NCBI RefSeq assembly: GCF_964213995.1
Contig: NW_027590498.1
Location: 62,001-126,000 of the forward strand
Reading direction: 5' to 3'
Length of the DNA: 64,000 bases
Source of the DNA: Mustelus asterias
Lineage: Eukaryota
Each line of letters opens with the position of its first letter. Position 1 is the stretch's first letter. The notes beneath the pieces are model-generated. The model did not search any database and was not told the DNA's origin. It saw only the letters and a program-made list of their open reading frames with translations. The translations under genes and the position numbers were made by a program. Positions 63,690-64,000 of the stretch are shown in pieces.

Positions 63690-64000
63690 TTTCCAAAGAC
63701 TACAGAGCTTTTACATTATTTCTGCTGAGGAACCATTATCACTCTCCATCCATTTCAGGAAACCTCATCTGGTAAAGATCTGTTCCCACAGGATTTTAGC
63801 TGTAGTGTCTGCATCATTTTTACAAACAGGGAAAGCTTCAACCACCAGCTAAATATACCTGTAATTAGCAGGATATACCAGTCTCCTCCTTTTAGTGTGG
63901 AGAGTGAGCCGGTATAATCAAGCTGCATTGTTTCCCAGGGAAGATCAATAATATGGGATGTGTTCATTAGGACAATGCATTTTGCAGGACCTGATTAGTT
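63690..64000 (-). mobile_element. LTR/ERV integrase core relic
   Basis: PWETMQLDYTG...YILLITGIFS and, in a shifted frame, VEAFPVCKNDADTTAKILWEQIFTR*GF..MESDNGS (D..D of DDE). Confidence 0.75.

Overview
Eukaryotic DNA, most likely from a shark: it carries HE1-type V-SINEs, their CR1/HER1-type partner LINEs and a DeuSINE. The window is a dense birth-and-death cluster of about 13 single-coding-exon, KRAB-less C2H2 zinc-finger (ZNF) genes and pseudogenes on both strands. These share duplicated CpG-rich NRF1/YY1/CCAAT promoter cassettes, splice-acceptor modules, stop-ridden finger leaders and a 3'UTR module. They sit among heavily nested retroelements: several CR1 families (one very young), Rex1-like tails, Penelope-like element (PLE) ends with minimal hammerhead ribozymes, LTR/ERV integrase relics and a 38-bp minisatellite. 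The top candidate for novelty is two differently truncated Tx1-clade LINE copies that end at the identical site (GCCAACATCT|GTGAGTAA), an apparent ZNF first-exon splice donor. This suggests a site-specific retrotransposon that targets ZNF genes. All family names come from recognition by eye, with no database search, and element boundaries are approximate.
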